This document shows, piece after piece, positions 1 to 10,389 of a DNA stretch of 64,000 bases (position 1 is its first letter; every line of letters starts with the position of its first letter). Source of the DNA: Candidatus Bathyarchaeota archaeon (GTDB lineage Archaea > Thermoproteota > Bathyarchaeia > Bathyarchaeales > Bathycorpusculaceae); NCBI GenBank assembly GCA_963811105.1, contig CAWEPZ010000002.1, forward strand, positions 352,001 through 416,000, given 5' to 3'. Position numbers and translations under genes: made by a program. The notes beneath the pieces were generated by a model. The model was given only the letters and a program-made list of their open reading frames with translations, ran no database searches and was not told the origin of the DNA.

Positions 1-732
1 ATTGAGACTGAAGCTTTTTCTGAAAACGCAAACGCCCGCAACGTCGATCGGCTTTTGCAAGATGTAGATTGTGTTGTTGACGGTTTAGATAACATGGTGA
101 CACGGTACCTAGTTAACCGGACCTGCGTAAAACTAAAAATTCCCTACGTTTTCGGGGCGGCCATCGGAATAGAAGGCAACCTCTCGGTGTTTGCTCCGCC
201 TGAAACGGGTTGCTTAGAATGTTTGATGCCTAACCTCTCTGACAACGACTTGCTAACGTGCAGCACTCGTGGTGTGATTGGAGCCACGCCTGGAGTGATT
301 GGTGCTTTGCAAGCTATGGAAACCATAAAACTGTTGGCTGGAGTGGGGCAGACTTTGAAGGGCAAACTGTTGGTCTGCGACTTCAGCGACATGGACTTCA
401 CAGTAATTGACATATCTAAGAGCACTCGCTGTCCCGTTTGTCATGGCGATTTGTCTGGGGTTGTGGCCAGTGAACGACTGGTTTGGCTTTGCGGAAGAGA
501 TACAGCTAACATTAACCCAGAAAAACCGCTGCGACTGAACCTTGATGAAGTTTACTCCGTAGTGAATAAGCAGTTTAGTGTTCGTTTGAAGTCACGTTTA
601 GCCATCATGTTCAACTACAAGGAATATGAAGTTAGCCTCTTCAATGGAGGACGCATGCTTATAAAAGGCGTGACCGATGAAAAGAAGGCGTTAGCAGTTT
701 ATCGAGAAATACTAAAAAAACTTGAATCCTGA
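1..732 (+). CDS. MoeB/ThiF-family adenylyltransferase (E1-like), 5' end outside window
   Basis: VVDGLDN..TRYLVN, CLEC, TCSTRGVIG and CPVC motifs; frame open to the window start. Confidence 0.9.
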   Translation: METEAFSENANARNVDRLLQDVDCVVDGLDNMVTRYLVNRTCVKLKIPYVFGAAIGIEGNLSVFAPPETGCLECLMPNLSDNDLLTCSTRGVIGATPGVIGALQAMETIKLLAGVGQTLKGKLLVCDFSDMDFTVIDISKSTRCPVCHGDLSGVVASERLVWLCGRDTANINPEKPLRLNLDEVYSVVNKQFSVRLKSRLAIMFNYKEYEVSLFNGGRMLIKGVTDEKKALAVYREILKKLES

Positions 733-1117
733 ATTTAGCTCTGCCCGCAAAACCAAAGATGATAGCTCTCTGAGAACATTAGGTTTTAAACTACGTTGGG
801 ATTGCTCATTTTGTATCGTTTTATTTACTCAACATAAATGTTGCCCATTTCGTTAATGAGGACATTTTCTTCTACACACATCCTGTAACTACTAGAGAAT
901 CACAAAGCCTACGGCGGCGTAGTTTGAAGTGAAGATGCTCGAAGCCATATTTATCGAAAGAGTATGACGCCAAATACTACTCTTATGGGTATCTGCCAAT
1001 CAAAGGGTTTAGAAAATCATTGATTATCGCGAGTAGTGTTAGTGTTTGTTAATTTATTTTGAAGAGGTGCGCAACAATTTATAAGCGAAAGAAAATTTTG
1101 GGAAGTTTGTTGCCTTA

Positions 1118-2653
1118 TCAGTTATGCTTTTCAGAATTATTATGTTCGTTGCAGTTGTTTTGGGATTGAGAAATGTCCAATTGCCCTAACTTTGGAACCA
1201 AGATTGCAGCGTCAGGGCTACCTATGCCTGTAGGTGCGTCCCAGCTGCGTGTTGCTTTGTACCCTTGTAAAGTGTTGCCTGTGGGGTATGTGTTATCGCC
1301 AAGTATTATGTCATGGAAAGCGCCAGCTTTGTAATAGGTGTCTCTGTTGGCGTATAATTGAGGATTAATGAATCCGAGATTATGATGCGTATACTGACAT
1401 GCAATAGCTGTCAATGCTGCCCAGAATGGTGGACCTGCGCTCGTTCCACCGCCGATGCCTATCATTGGCGCACTTGGAGTGGCAGCACTTAAAAATATGG
1501 CACCCAGCCCGCCGTAGACTCCGCTGTCGAACGAAACATCTGAAGTACACCTTCCTGTGGGTTTCATCCTTGTTCCCCATGTGTCGGTTAGAGTTATTCC
1601 TTTTTGCCATGTTGGTAATGGGAACAATGAACTCACCGCGCCTCCCGTAGTCGCCATGTCGAAAGGCGTTGGGAATCCGTCAGCAACCATGGCTTGGTAG
1701 TCATTGCCCGCAATTTCATAGGAATATTTTGTGCCTATGTGATTTTGTCCGTCCCATGACTGCGTCCCTTCCATGAAACCGTCGGAACAAGTCATGAACA
1801 GATTTGTTCCGCCTACTGCTGTGACATATGGGTCAGATGATGGGAACATAGCATTGTTTACAGGTGCACCGTTTGCTGCTCCCCAGTCTCCAGCAGAAGC
1901 AAACACGGTTATGCCTGAATTTGAAGCTGACTTGTAGATGTCATCAGCTGCGCGTACCTGATTGAGTGCTTGGGGTCTTGTTAAACTAATCTCTGGCGTA
2001 CCCCAGCTCAAAGAAATTGTGGAGCCTAAGTGGTGGGTAATGGCGTAGTTCACTGCATAATCAAGAGGTTTATTGCCATCGTTTGGGGCAATCACTAAAG
2101 CGATGTCTGCTTTTGGAGCTATAGCATGAACCATGTCAACGTCGAGGGTTACTTCAGTGCTCCATATGAGTTGGTTTGGATCTTTGGCGTTAAAAACTGG
2201 TTTTCCAAGTGGATAGTATATTTGCAGGTGATTTTTCGCTTCAGCCATGGTTGTCCAGGGCAGGTTTGCAGCATAAGTATTTTGCCATTGTATGAAAGTT
2301 AACAGGTCTTGATAGATTGTTGGGCTACCGTATGCATCGACAATGACTACTGTTTGGCCTCTGCCGTCGTATCCCGCTGAATATAGCTGATTTAAGTCAT
2401 AAGCATTACGCAACTCGAACACTGTGTTCCCCATAAATCCATCTGCATAAGCTTGCGATATAGCTATCTTCGGATTCGTCCCATATTGATATGTTGACCC
2501 TGATGTCAATTGCGAGTAGTTATTACCGTTATAGTTTGGGGTGGTCAAGGTTGTACTAGTTGCAGCATGTGCTTGGGGGAGAGCGAAGATGCAAACTAAC
2601 AAAAAAGTTAATAATAATAAACTGGCCAATCGTACTTTTCTCAAACATATCAC
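1118..2653 (-). CDS. Secreted S53 (sedolisin/kumamolisin-like) serine peptidase
   Basis: Signal peptide ending AHA-A; EVTLD catalytic Glu/Asp, SAGDWG oxyanion motif, GGTSAGPP catalytic Ser, WDAPTGIGSP Ca-binding tail. Confidence 0.88.
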   Translation of the reverse strand: MICLRKVRLASLLLLTFLLVCIFALPQAHAATSTTLTTPNYNGNNYSQLTSGSTYQYGTNPKIAISQAYADGFMGNTVFELRNAYDLNQLYSAGYDGRGQTVVIVDAYGSPTIYQDLLTFIQWQNTYAANLPWTTMAEAKNHLQIYYPLGKPVFNAKDPNQLIWSTEVTLDVDMVHAIAPKADIALVIAPNDGNKPLDYAVNYAITHHLGSTISLSWGTPEISLTRPQALNQVRAADDIYKSASNSGITVFASAGDWGAANGAPVNNAMFPSSDPYVTAVGGTNLFMTCSDGFMEGTQSWDGQNHIGTKYSYEIAGNDYQAMVADGFPTPFDMATTGGAVSSLFPLPTWQKGITLTDTWGTRMKPTGRCTSDVSFDSGVYGGLGAIFLSAATPSAPMIGIGGGTSAGPPFWAALTAIACQYTHHNLGFINPQLYANRDTYYKAGAFHDIILGDNTYPTGNTLQGYKATRSWDAPTGIGSPDAAILVPKLGQLDISQSQNNCNEHNNSEKHN

Positions 2654-2811
2654 TGGGTTTATTTATCAAAACACAGCCCTATATGCTTTATTGTTGCTCA
2701 ATATAGAATATAACTGGTCTGAGAGTCAAAACAAACTCACGAGGTCTAAATTCGTTAACCACTTGGCGATAAAAAATGAATAACTGAAGAAAGTCATGTA
2801 AATTAAGATTG

Positions 2812-3003
2812 CTAACCTTCAGATAATGATATGTTTAGGCTACCGTCCTTTTTTATAACGTGAATTAAGAGTTGCTTGCCTCGGAAGAGTTTTAGCAAGT
2901 CATGGTATTCCCTGGGAAAAACAAGCGCGATGCGGTCATACTCGTAGGATATTCTGTGGTTCTTGTACCATCTTTTTGACTTATCAAACCGAAGCTTCAC
3001 CAA
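2812..3003 (-). CDS. Small hypothetical protein directly downstream of polB2
   Basis: 63-aa ORF; a diverged copy in the same position relative to a polB2 3' end exists at about 37585-37770. Confidence 0.65.
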   Translation of the reverse strand: MVKLRFDKSKRWYKNHRISYEYDRIALVFPREYHDLLKLFRGKQLLIHVIKKDGSLNISLSEG

Positions 3004-3013
3004 ACAAATTCCT

Positions 3014-5335
3014 TCAGTATTTCAAGAGGCTCTTTTGTTTTTGTTCTCTGACTGCTTCATAGATTAATTCGGTAGTGTAGCCTTCGAAGCTAAGCAGATT
3101 CGCCGCGGAAGAATAAAGAAGCGCGAGATATTTTTTGATGTCAGGTTCTACGCCGTTCTCAATCAACAGAGCAGCTTTAACTCGTCGTTCATGCCGCTTG
3201 TCTTTAGAATGTGTAAAAAGAAACTTTACACTGTTTCCTGCATGAACTTCAGCACCCTCCTTAATCAACTGCTCCGCAGCGATGACCTGGCTGACGTGTT
3301 GACGGTACCGCTCTGGCTTTCTTGACATACGCTTAGATATGATCAAGTCCTCGATTGGAACTTCGCCATTTAATAGTTTCTGGCGATACTTTTTCACAAC
3401 TTCCAGAGCAAATGGGATATTCTTACGCAGTTCATCGGTATTGTTTGCAGCAGCCAGCGCGTCGATCATTTCTGTTTGGGAATCAAATACAAAGCGGGGC
3501 GTATCCCTTCGGCGGATTTCCAAGCCTCGCACTTTAATTTTGCCATCTTCCATCACCCCATAATAACGGTTCAAAACACCTACTCGAGGGTGAGTTTTAG
3601 AAGGCAAGAAAACTATCCATTTGTAGCGTCCTTCAAAATTAATTGGCGCTCCTGACTGCTCAGTTATAGCTTTACAAAGGCTTTCGTAATCTTGTAGGCT
3701 GGCACTTGGTTTTTTGAGCCAAAGCGAATCCACAATGCCATGAATCACTTCAAACCCCCGCTTTTCTGCCGTATGTGACGCATTTAGTAGAGCTTCTCTG
3801 CCAAAAGCGCAAACCCCAATGTGGCCGTCCACGGTGCCGAATTTCGCGTTTTTGTAGCCAAGATAGCCAAAGCAAGTAACCAAAATCCATTTCAGAGCTA
3901 TCTGCCGGTTATCGTAGACTTCTCTAAGATGTGGGTCAGAGGCTTCTTTTTTCATTTTCTTATAATAGAGACGTTTGTCGACGATGAACTTTAGGGTTTT
4001 CGGTACTATGCCAACGCGTTTGGTGCATATGTGATAGTTTAGTTCGGGGATGCGTTTGGTCGAGTCTGGGCAGCATTTGCACAAGACTGTTTCTGCTGAT
4101 ATGTTGTTGTTTGCCATGATGCTGGGATACATACTGCTGAAATCTACTTCGCCAACGTAGTCATGTGCACCAACCCTTGGTTCGTACACCATTCCTCCGC
4201 GGTCGCCAACAAGGAGCTCATACGCGGATTTGAAGGCTTCAGGGATGCTTTTGTTTCTTGGAATAAGCACGTCGTCTTTTATGGCTTGGTAAAACTGCAA
4301 CGAGGACATGCTTGAGCCTATCGAGTTTCTTGCAGCAGTATGAAGTGGTACTCGGCAAGTTCTGGCAATCTCGATTAAACCATCGAGTCCTGCTTCAGAT
4401 AAGATGAAGGTGTTGCTTTTGTCGACGTGGATTCTTCCATAAAGTCTAATGGGGCCAGCTCGATAAAATGTGCGACCGTAAGAGAAGAAAGTTTTACCTG
4501 AAGGTGTTTTCGAAGAAAATGGTGTACTATCTCTGCTTAAAGTAAATTTGTCAGTGACATTGTTTATGGTTGCGCGCTCTGTTAGATAAGGAAAAAGATG
4601 TGAGTCGCCTCCTTTAGTCACAAGGATATCGGGGTCAAACTTTCGGACTGCCTGGACGAGTTGAAGAAGTTTTTCTGCTTCATCGTGGCAGTCAATTTGT
4701 GTTTCTTCTTGCTCTTGGCTCACCTGAATTATGCCTATGGGATCGTTGAAGTCGGCGATTTTGTTTTTCTTGGCAACTTCCACCTTCAATTTCATAACTC
4801 GCAATGGCGGAACCGCATAATCAGTGCGGGCTACTGAGTCAAGCAAGGTGTATTGGAGACCTGACTTTTCAACTTTAGCTTCCACGAGCGCAAGGGGAAA
4901 GATGTCATGGCTGAAAAAGTAAGCTCGGTCTCCTTTCAAATCGCAGTTGGAAACCTGATAGCGCATATAATCGCCCAACCTTAGAATAATGTTTGTCAGG
5001 GTCATTGTTCTTCTACAGTCCTTAAGCGTAAGCTCTAGAACTTTGGTTTTCTCTGCATCCGTGGGCTGAGCATACTTGTATGCAAAACCCCATTTTGCCA
5101 CATCGGTGCTGTTGTAGAGTTTTCCAATCAGGGGTTCTATGTTGTCTTGTTTTGATGAAACATAGATTTTAGGCTGAAAATTGTCAGTTAAGCGTATTCT
5201 TTGTCCGGATTCGCTGATGATCCAGACCGTGATTTCGCCTTCGTTTGAAGGGTAGGCATCAAGTATCCAGCCTTTAATTTTGCAGGGACAGCTAATTGAG
5301 ATCACTAAATTCCCTCCAACGTTCGTAAATGACAA
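3014..5335 (-). CDS. polB2: Family B DNA polymerase, PolB2 subfamily
   Basis: DFSSMYPSIM (motif A), KWILVTCFGYLG (motif B), HGIVDSLW replacing YGDTDS as is typical of PolB2; degenerate exonuclease region. Confidence 0.88.
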   Translation of the reverse strand: MSFTNVGGNLVISISCPCKIKGWILDAYPSNEGEITVWIISESGQRIRLTDNFQPKIYVSSKQDNIEPLIGKLYNSTDVAKWGFAYKYAQPTDAEKTKVLELTLKDCRRTMTLTNIILRLGDYMRYQVSNCDLKGDRAYFFSHDIFPLALVEAKVEKSGLQYTLLDSVARTDYAVPPLRVMKLKVEVAKKNKIADFNDPIGIIQVSQEQEETQIDCHDEAEKLLQLVQAVRKFDPDILVTKGGDSHLFPYLTERATINNVTDKFTLSRDSTPFSSKTPSGKTFFSYGRTFYRAGPIRLYGRIHVDKSNTFILSEAGLDGLIEIARTCRVPLHTAARNSIGSSMSSLQFYQAIKDDVLIPRNKSIPEAFKSAYELLVGDRGGMVYEPRVGAHDYVGEVDFSSMYPSIMANNNISAETVLCKCCPDSTKRIPELNYHICTKRVGIVPKTLKFIVDKRLYYKKMKKEASDPHLREVYDNRQIALKWILVTCFGYLGYKNAKFGTVDGHIGVCAFGREALLNASHTAEKRGFEVIHGIVDSLWLKKPSASLQDYESLCKAITEQSGAPINFEGRYKWIVFLPSKTHPRVGVLNRYYGVMEDGKIKVRGLEIRRRDTPRFVFDSQTEMIDALAAANNTDELRKNIPFALEVVKKYRQKLLNGEVPIEDLIISKRMSRKPERYRQHVSQVIAAEQLIKEGAEVHAGNSVKFLFTHSKDKRHERRVKAALLIENGVEPDIKKYLALLYSSAANLLSFEGYTTELIYEAVREQKQKSLLKY

Positions 5336-5560
5336 CTTTCTCCCAAAAGTTGAGGGATAGCAAAAGGCATTTTTGAGTTTTTAAACACTAACTCCAAACG
5401 ACTTTATTGAACAGGGGAGACTGCAGTGAAAGTAAACAAGAGTCAGGCTTCATAACTGGCGGTTCAGCAAAATAGGGTTTGTAATGTTCCTATAGCTTTT
5501 AGGTGAAGAATGAGCTTAGTCAGAACTTTCTTTACTAAAAATATTTCGCTCCTCTCTCAA

Positions 5561-5770
5561 TTATTGTAGGTGAAAGCCTAGGCTAAGTTCAGCCCACAAC
5601 ACAGCCGATGCAATAGTAACCTGTGCAATAGACAGGACGGCGCCGACTCTGAGGTATTCTTTAAGGCTAAGATTGACGCCTCTGCACCTCATCATCTCCA
5701 TCCACATCAAGATCGCAAGCGACCCAAGAGGGAAGAAGTGTGGCCCCAAATTGTTTCCGAACTATTCCAT
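5561..5770 (-). pseudogene. C-terminal fragment of an ArsB/NhaD-type permease
   Basis: GNNLGPHFFPLGSLAILMW resembles the ArsB C-terminal G-N-G-P..GSLA.L.W motif; no N-terminal part present. Confidence 0.65.
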
Positions 5771-5853
5771 GTATTTTACCAACGGAGTTGCAATGTAATC
5801 AGTCATTCGGAACTCTTAACTAAATAATCATAATTAATTGTCAATGGATAACT

Positions 5854-6072
5854 ATGAAAAATTCTGAATGCACAATCTACATCATGTTCGATGAAAGGTG
5901 GCTACAGAAGTTCAGAAAGGAAGAAGACGGTTGGAAAGAATACAGCCGAAACGGTACTGTTCGCTCATGTACTGCAGAACAATTTATCTCCCATATCCTT
6001 CCACCTTTAGCTGGAATAAAAGGACCAAACGTCACCGTCAAAGTTGAACCTGACAATAAGACTAAAATTTAA
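5854..6072 (+). CDS. Hypothetical protein
   Basis: 72-aa ATG ORF, no recognised motif. Confidence 0.45.
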   Translation: MKNSECTIYIMFDERWLQKFRKEEDGWKEYSRNGTVRSCTAEQFISHILPPLAGIKGPNVTVKVEPDNKTKI

Positions 6073-6251
6073 TGTACGAAAAACTCAACTTAGTTCTTAA
6101 TAAGTTGCTCCTTTTGGGAAATTGTTTTTGTTTAATCAGGAAGGTTGGATTAAAACCCAAATAACGAATGAAACATACCACGTTCCTATCTTTTCCAAAG
6201 AAGCTTAAAACTTTTAAAATAAACAACATATACAATATAGAAGGTGATACT

Positions 6252-7124
6252 ATGAACAGGCTGTCTAGACCTAAAGCACCATTTATTCTTGCGGTGGCAT
6301 TAGCCTTTTTCATATACCTACTCATTATATTTGTGAATTCATTTCCAGCCGATTATAGAATAGCAATTAGAGATGTGGCGCAGTTTTCGAGCAGCGGATC
6401 TTTAATGCCTCTGTTTCAACTTGGTTCGGAGTTAACCGGTGAAGTTGGAGTAGTTCTTCGTTTTGCCGGCGCATTCATTTTATTGTCTTTCGTCGTTTTG
6501 CTTTTGATAGAAAAAAGGGTTTCTTGGTCACTTCTAAGAAAAGCTGTTCTGCTTGAAGGTATCTATTACTTATTCAATATACCTTTTATTATCTATCTGC
6601 TCGTGAGAACTAACGCCTCAACTGCAACTTATGGCGCTGCAATATCTTATTCATTGCAAATTCTCTTCGTAACCCCAATATTTGTCGCGCTTTACTTCAA
6701 GCTCAGAGACAAGACTTTTGAGATTTCAGAAGTTACAAAGTGGGGTGCGCTAGCAGTCACGGGTTTCATCTTTGGTCTTTGGGCAAAGCATTTTTTACTG
6801 GCAATCTATGCTTTACCACTTGATTTTTCTAACTTAACATTTTTAGTTGGCTTTCTTAATTCAGCCTTAACTATGTTGATTGCTGGCATAATTATGATTG
6901 TTGTTCTTATGCCTCTTTACCGAAAGAAGAGCGCTTCATTTAACACTAAAGCATTGGGGGCAGCTTTAGTTCTTGCTGGATTATACGCAATAATCTTTGT
7001 GCTTATCGCTTTATTCAATGTAGAGTATATGCGATGGATTAGCTTGATTGACTGGTGGACGATGATTTTTGTAGTTGTTGGCATCGGTTTTCTAATTCTT
7101 AAAAGGATTCACAATACTGAATGA
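6252..7124 (+). CDS. Multi-pass membrane protein, unknown function
   Basis: About 8 hydrophobic segments; GGTGA RBS before ATG 6252. Confidence 0.8.
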   Translation: MNRLSRPKAPFILAVALAFFIYLLIIFVNSFPADYRIAIRDVAQFSSSGSLMPLFQLGSELTGEVGVVLRFAGAFILLSFVVLLLIEKRVSWSLLRKAVLLEGIYYLFNIPFIIYLLVRTNASTATYGAAISYSLQILFVTPIFVALYFKLRDKTFEISEVTKWGALAVTGFIFGLWAKHFLLAIYALPLDFSNLTFLVGFLNSALTMLIAGIIMIVVLMPLYRKKSASFNTKALGAALVLAGLYAIIFVLIALFNVEYMRWISLIDWWTMIFVVVGIGFLILKRIHNTE

Positions 7125-7327
7125 GTTTGTCATCCTCTCAATTTCAAATGGGTTTTAACTTGCAATAATTGATATTTAACACTGAACCGAAATTAACCCA
7201 ATCATCAGAGGTAGCATCAACCTTTGGCATTGGGGTGTTGAACGTTGTGGTTGTTGCTATGCAGTCACAGAGTCTTAAAGGCACGAATTTACAAAAATTA
7301 GAATGGTGTTTTAAGTTGGAAAAAAAC

Positions 7328-7597
7328 ATGATGAAATATCAAGTTTTGGTCAAAACGATTTCAGGAAAAGGCGGTGAGTTCTGGGGAGCGTTCCAAAAGA
7401 TGCCTACTGAGCCAATGAAAGGAGTAATGGTCGAATCTTCATGGAGCCTATTCGGATACTGGGATTTCGTCATTTTCTTCAAAGCTGATAGCAACGAAAA
7501 CAGCCTGCACTTCGTTGGCGAGGTCTTAAGAGCGATACCTGGCATCGCCGAAACTAGTACTTCACCAATGACCATGCTCAAAGAACACAAAATGTAG
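7328..7597 (+). CDS. Stand-alone Lrp/AsnC ligand-binding (GYD-like) domain protein
   Basis: SLFGYWDFVI...LRAIPGIAETSTS pattern. Confidence 0.7.
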   Translation: MMKYQVLVKTISGKGGEFWGAFQKMPTEPMKGVMVESSWSLFGYWDFVIFFKADSNENSLHFVGEVLRAIPGIAETSTSPMTMLKEHKM

Positions 7598-7825
7598 TAG
7601 ACAATTGTTTTTGCTGTGTTTCTTTCCTTTCTTTCTTTCAAATCCATTTTTTTAAAGAGATATTCGATTTTAGACATACACAAAAAGTTGTCAAACAGCA
7701 CTACCAATGGAGCCAATGGGAATTGCATTTCTCATTTAACTTAAGAAAAATTGTTTAAAATCACGAATAGCAAAATGGGTTTTTGAAATTTGCCATAAAT
7801 AAAGAAAAGAGAAAAGGAAAGATAT

Positions 7826-8893
7826 CTATTCTGGCTTCTTTTGTTTGCCGGGTCTCAGTGAGCGTACTGTTGCACCCGCACGCCACATTTCGCTATTGCC
7901 CATCTCTTTGAGTTCGTCTGCGAGTTTTTGGCGATAGTCTGGTGCCTTGCTCTTTTCCAATACAATGCGTGTTTCTTCGCCTGCAGCCACAAGCTCGTAT
8001 AGTGAATCAAATACTGGTTGTGTAGCTTCACGGAAACGGCTTCTCCATCGCAATGCGCCGATGCGGGCGGTTTCACTGCAGTTACAGTACATCCAGTCCA
8101 TGCCGTTTTCATCGACAAGACGGATTAAGCTTTGTGTGAGTTCTTCGACGCTTTCGTTAAATGCCTCGCTTGGGCTGTGTCCATGTTCACGCAAGGTTTT
8201 GTATTGGGCTTCCAGGATGCCTTCGAGTGCACCCATCAATGTACCGCGTTCCCCTGTTAGGTCACTGAAGGTTTCTTTCTCAAATGTGGTTGGAAATAGA
8301 TATCCTCCGCCTATAGCGATGCCGAGCGCTTTAGCGCGTTCTTCAGCTTTACCTGTTGCGTCTTGGAAAACTGCGAAGCTGCAGTTTATGCCACTTCCGT
8401 CAACAAAGTTTCTCCGCACAGATGTTCCCGAGCCTTTTGGTGCAACAAGGATCACGTCAATTTCTTTGGGTGGGATAACGCCTGTTTGTTCCTTGTAGAC
8501 GATACTAAAGCCGTGGCTGAAGTATAATGCGTCTCCTTTTTTGAGGGTTGCTTTGATTTTTGGCCATACTGCTTTTTGTGCTGCGTCTGTAAGTAGGAAC
8601 ATTTTGATGGTTCCTTTCTTGGCTGCTTCTTCCATTGGGAAGAGGTTTTCGCCTGGTTTCCAACCATCTGCAATTGCTTTATCCCATTCTTTTTTAAATA
8701 CTCCTTCTTTTTCCTGTCCTATTATTACTTTCACGCCGTTGTCTCTCATGTTAAGCGATTGGGCTTGACCTTGAATTCCATAGCCAAGTGAGACGACAAC
8801 TTCGTCTTTTAGGATTTTTTGGGCTTGCGCCACTGTGAATTCTCTACGCGTGATGACATCTTCTACGATGCCACCGAAATCCAACTTTGCCAT
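7826..8893 (-). CDS. ilvC: Ketol-acid reductoisomerase
   Basis: GYGIQGQAQSLNMRDNG, FSHGF, VAPKGSG, SDLTGERG and HSPSEAFNE motifs. Confidence 0.95.
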   Translation of the reverse strand: MAKLDFGGIVEDVITRREFTVAQAQKILKDEVVVSLGYGIQGQAQSLNMRDNGVKVIIGQEKEGVFKKEWDKAIADGWKPGENLFPMEEAAKKGTIKMFLLTDAAQKAVWPKIKATLKKGDALYFSHGFSIVYKEQTGVIPPKEIDVILVAPKGSGTSVRRNFVDGSGINCSFAVFQDATGKAEERAKALGIAIGGGYLFPTTFEKETFSDLTGERGTLMGALEGILEAQYKTLREHGHSPSEAFNESVEELTQSLIRLVDENGMDWMYCNCSETARIGALRWRSRFREATQPVFDSLYELVAAGEETRIVLEKSKAPDYRQKLADELKEMGNSEMWRAGATVRSLRPGKQKKPE

Positions 8894-9083
8894 TTATTTT
8901 TTCCTCAAGCCAGACACTTTACAAGACGCAGTAATTAAAAATTATCCCTCAACTAATCTGTTAAGGAAATTTGCAGATAGACTTTCTTTATAGTAATTTA
9001 AAACGTTCATGTGAGAACTACATTGGCAAAAATTTTGTTTAGGCGATAACTTCCAGCAAAATGTTTTCTAAACTAGAAAAAGG

Positions 9084-9653
9084 TTAGGGTTTTTTGTTCA
9101 TCTCGTGGCGAATCCACCAGATGATCCCTATTGTCGCTGGAATTCCGAAGATGGCAACTATCCAAACTAGTATTGTAATCACGGAACCAACTACATAGTC
9201 CAAAGCGTAGGTTGAGATTGCAACATTCCAATTTCCGTCAACATAGACTTTGATGGCGAATGCGATGAAAAGTAATGGCGAGATTGCTCCACCTGCTCTT
9301 GAAGCGCGTGAGCTTTTTCCAGATAGATGATATTCTTTCTTTTCTTGCTCGGCTAGTCTCTTCCACCATTGCCAACTTGCTACTGCTCCTACAATTGCCG
9401 GAATTCCGATGAATATGACTTCCCAGAAAATCAAATGCAAAATAAATGATACTATATTGCCCATTGTCCAAAGACCCAGGATTGATGGAACTAAACCTGT
9501 TGTTTGAGCATCTTTTGTGAACCATAGAAAGACGTAGATCGAACCGATGAATATCAAAATGCCAGCTATTACAAACGTGGCAACCATTTTCCAGTGTTTT
9601 CTTATGAATTTTCCCCATTCGGAGTCTTTTTCAACTTCGTTTTTCTGAGTCAT
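9084..9653 (-). CDS. Four-TM membrane protein, unknown function
   Basis: Hydrophobic helices; strong purine-rich RBS before ATG 9653. Confidence 0.75.
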   Translation of the reverse strand: MTQKNEVEKDSEWGKFIRKHWKMVATFVIAGILIFIGSIYVFLWFTKDAQTTGLVPSILGLWTMGNIVSFILHLIFWEVIFIGIPAIVGAVASWQWWKRLAEQEKKEYHLSGKSSRASRAGGAISPLLFIAFAIKVYVDGNWNVAISTYALDYVVGSVITILVWIVAIFGIPATIGIIWWIRHEMNKKP

Positions 9654-10064
9654 TAAATCCCTCCCCCTTACTAGAGTTTCCGCCTGTGGATAGTTGTTTT
9701 GGTTAATTCCTATGCTCTCGATTGCTTTTCCTTGCTCCGGCTGCGTTGACGGTTGAGAATATGCATATTGTTGTGGATTGTATGATTGCTGTTGTTGAGT
9801 TTTTATTGTGTAGAATCCGGGGGTTGTCGTTGTCGAAATCACGTGGAATAGGTACAGATATTGAGTCACCAAGAACCAAACTAATGTACTCATGTATTCT
9901 GGATCCAATAACCGAATTAGCTTTAGTAAAGAATTAAATCGACACTAAACTAATTCGCTAAACTGTAACCTTAGTTAGTCACTGTATGATTGTCGGAGAT
10001 CAGATATCCTGTCCGATTAGTTGGAAAAATCATTATTATTTAAAATGAAGTATAATATAATATA

Positions 10065-10118
10065 TTCAGACTTTTCTGAAAAATAGTAAAACTTATTTAG
10101 TCGGAACCATATTGGTTC
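10065..10118. promoter_or_regulatory. Two inverted repeats upstream of the hgcC-like/arsM operon (candidate operators)
   Basis: TTCAGA-cttt-TCTGAA (10065-10080) and GAACCA-tat-TGGTTC (10104-10118). Confidence 0.4.
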
Positions 10119-10135
10119 GGTTAAGGTGATTAAGT

Positions 10136-10387
10136 GTGAGTAGCTGTATTGGTGACACTTGCAGAATTGATGCAATAATTTCGATGGATGTGAAAGGACA
10201 AGTTGTCTTACCAAAGGATTTGCGTGAGAGGGCAAACTTCAAGCCAAACGACAAAATTGCTGTAGTAGCTTGTGAAAAAGACGGCGAAGTCTGCTGTATT
10301 ATGATGTTAAAAGCTGAAAAACTTCAGGGTGCCGTAACCAAGACTCTCGGACCACTGCTCAAAGGAGTAACAAAACAGGAGAGTTAA
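10136..10387 (+). CDS. AbrB/SpoVT-fold protein resembling HgcAB-associated HgcC
   Basis: C.IDAIISMD.KGQVVLPKDLRE AbrB motif plus EKDGEVCCI Cys pair. Confidence 0.75.
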   Translation: MSSCIGDTCRIDAIISMDVKGQVVLPKDLRERANFKPNDKIAVVACEKDGEVCCIMMLKAEKLQGAVTKTLGPLLKGVTKQES

Positions 10388-10389
10388 TT

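Noticed and set aside
785-930. Inverted repeat aaactacg...cgtagttt as a possible MITE
   Set aside because: Only about 8 bp, no target-site duplication and no second copy seen
7947-8498. Long antisense ORFs (this one and others such as 10524-10964, 17410-17838, 18197-18625)
   Set aside because: They are shadows of well-supported genes on the opposite strand and have no motifs of their own
9654-9908. Q/T-rich N-terminal extension of the 274-aa ORF
   Set aside because: A strong RBS precedes ATG 9653; the extension looks like an incidental open frame or an unrelated remnant
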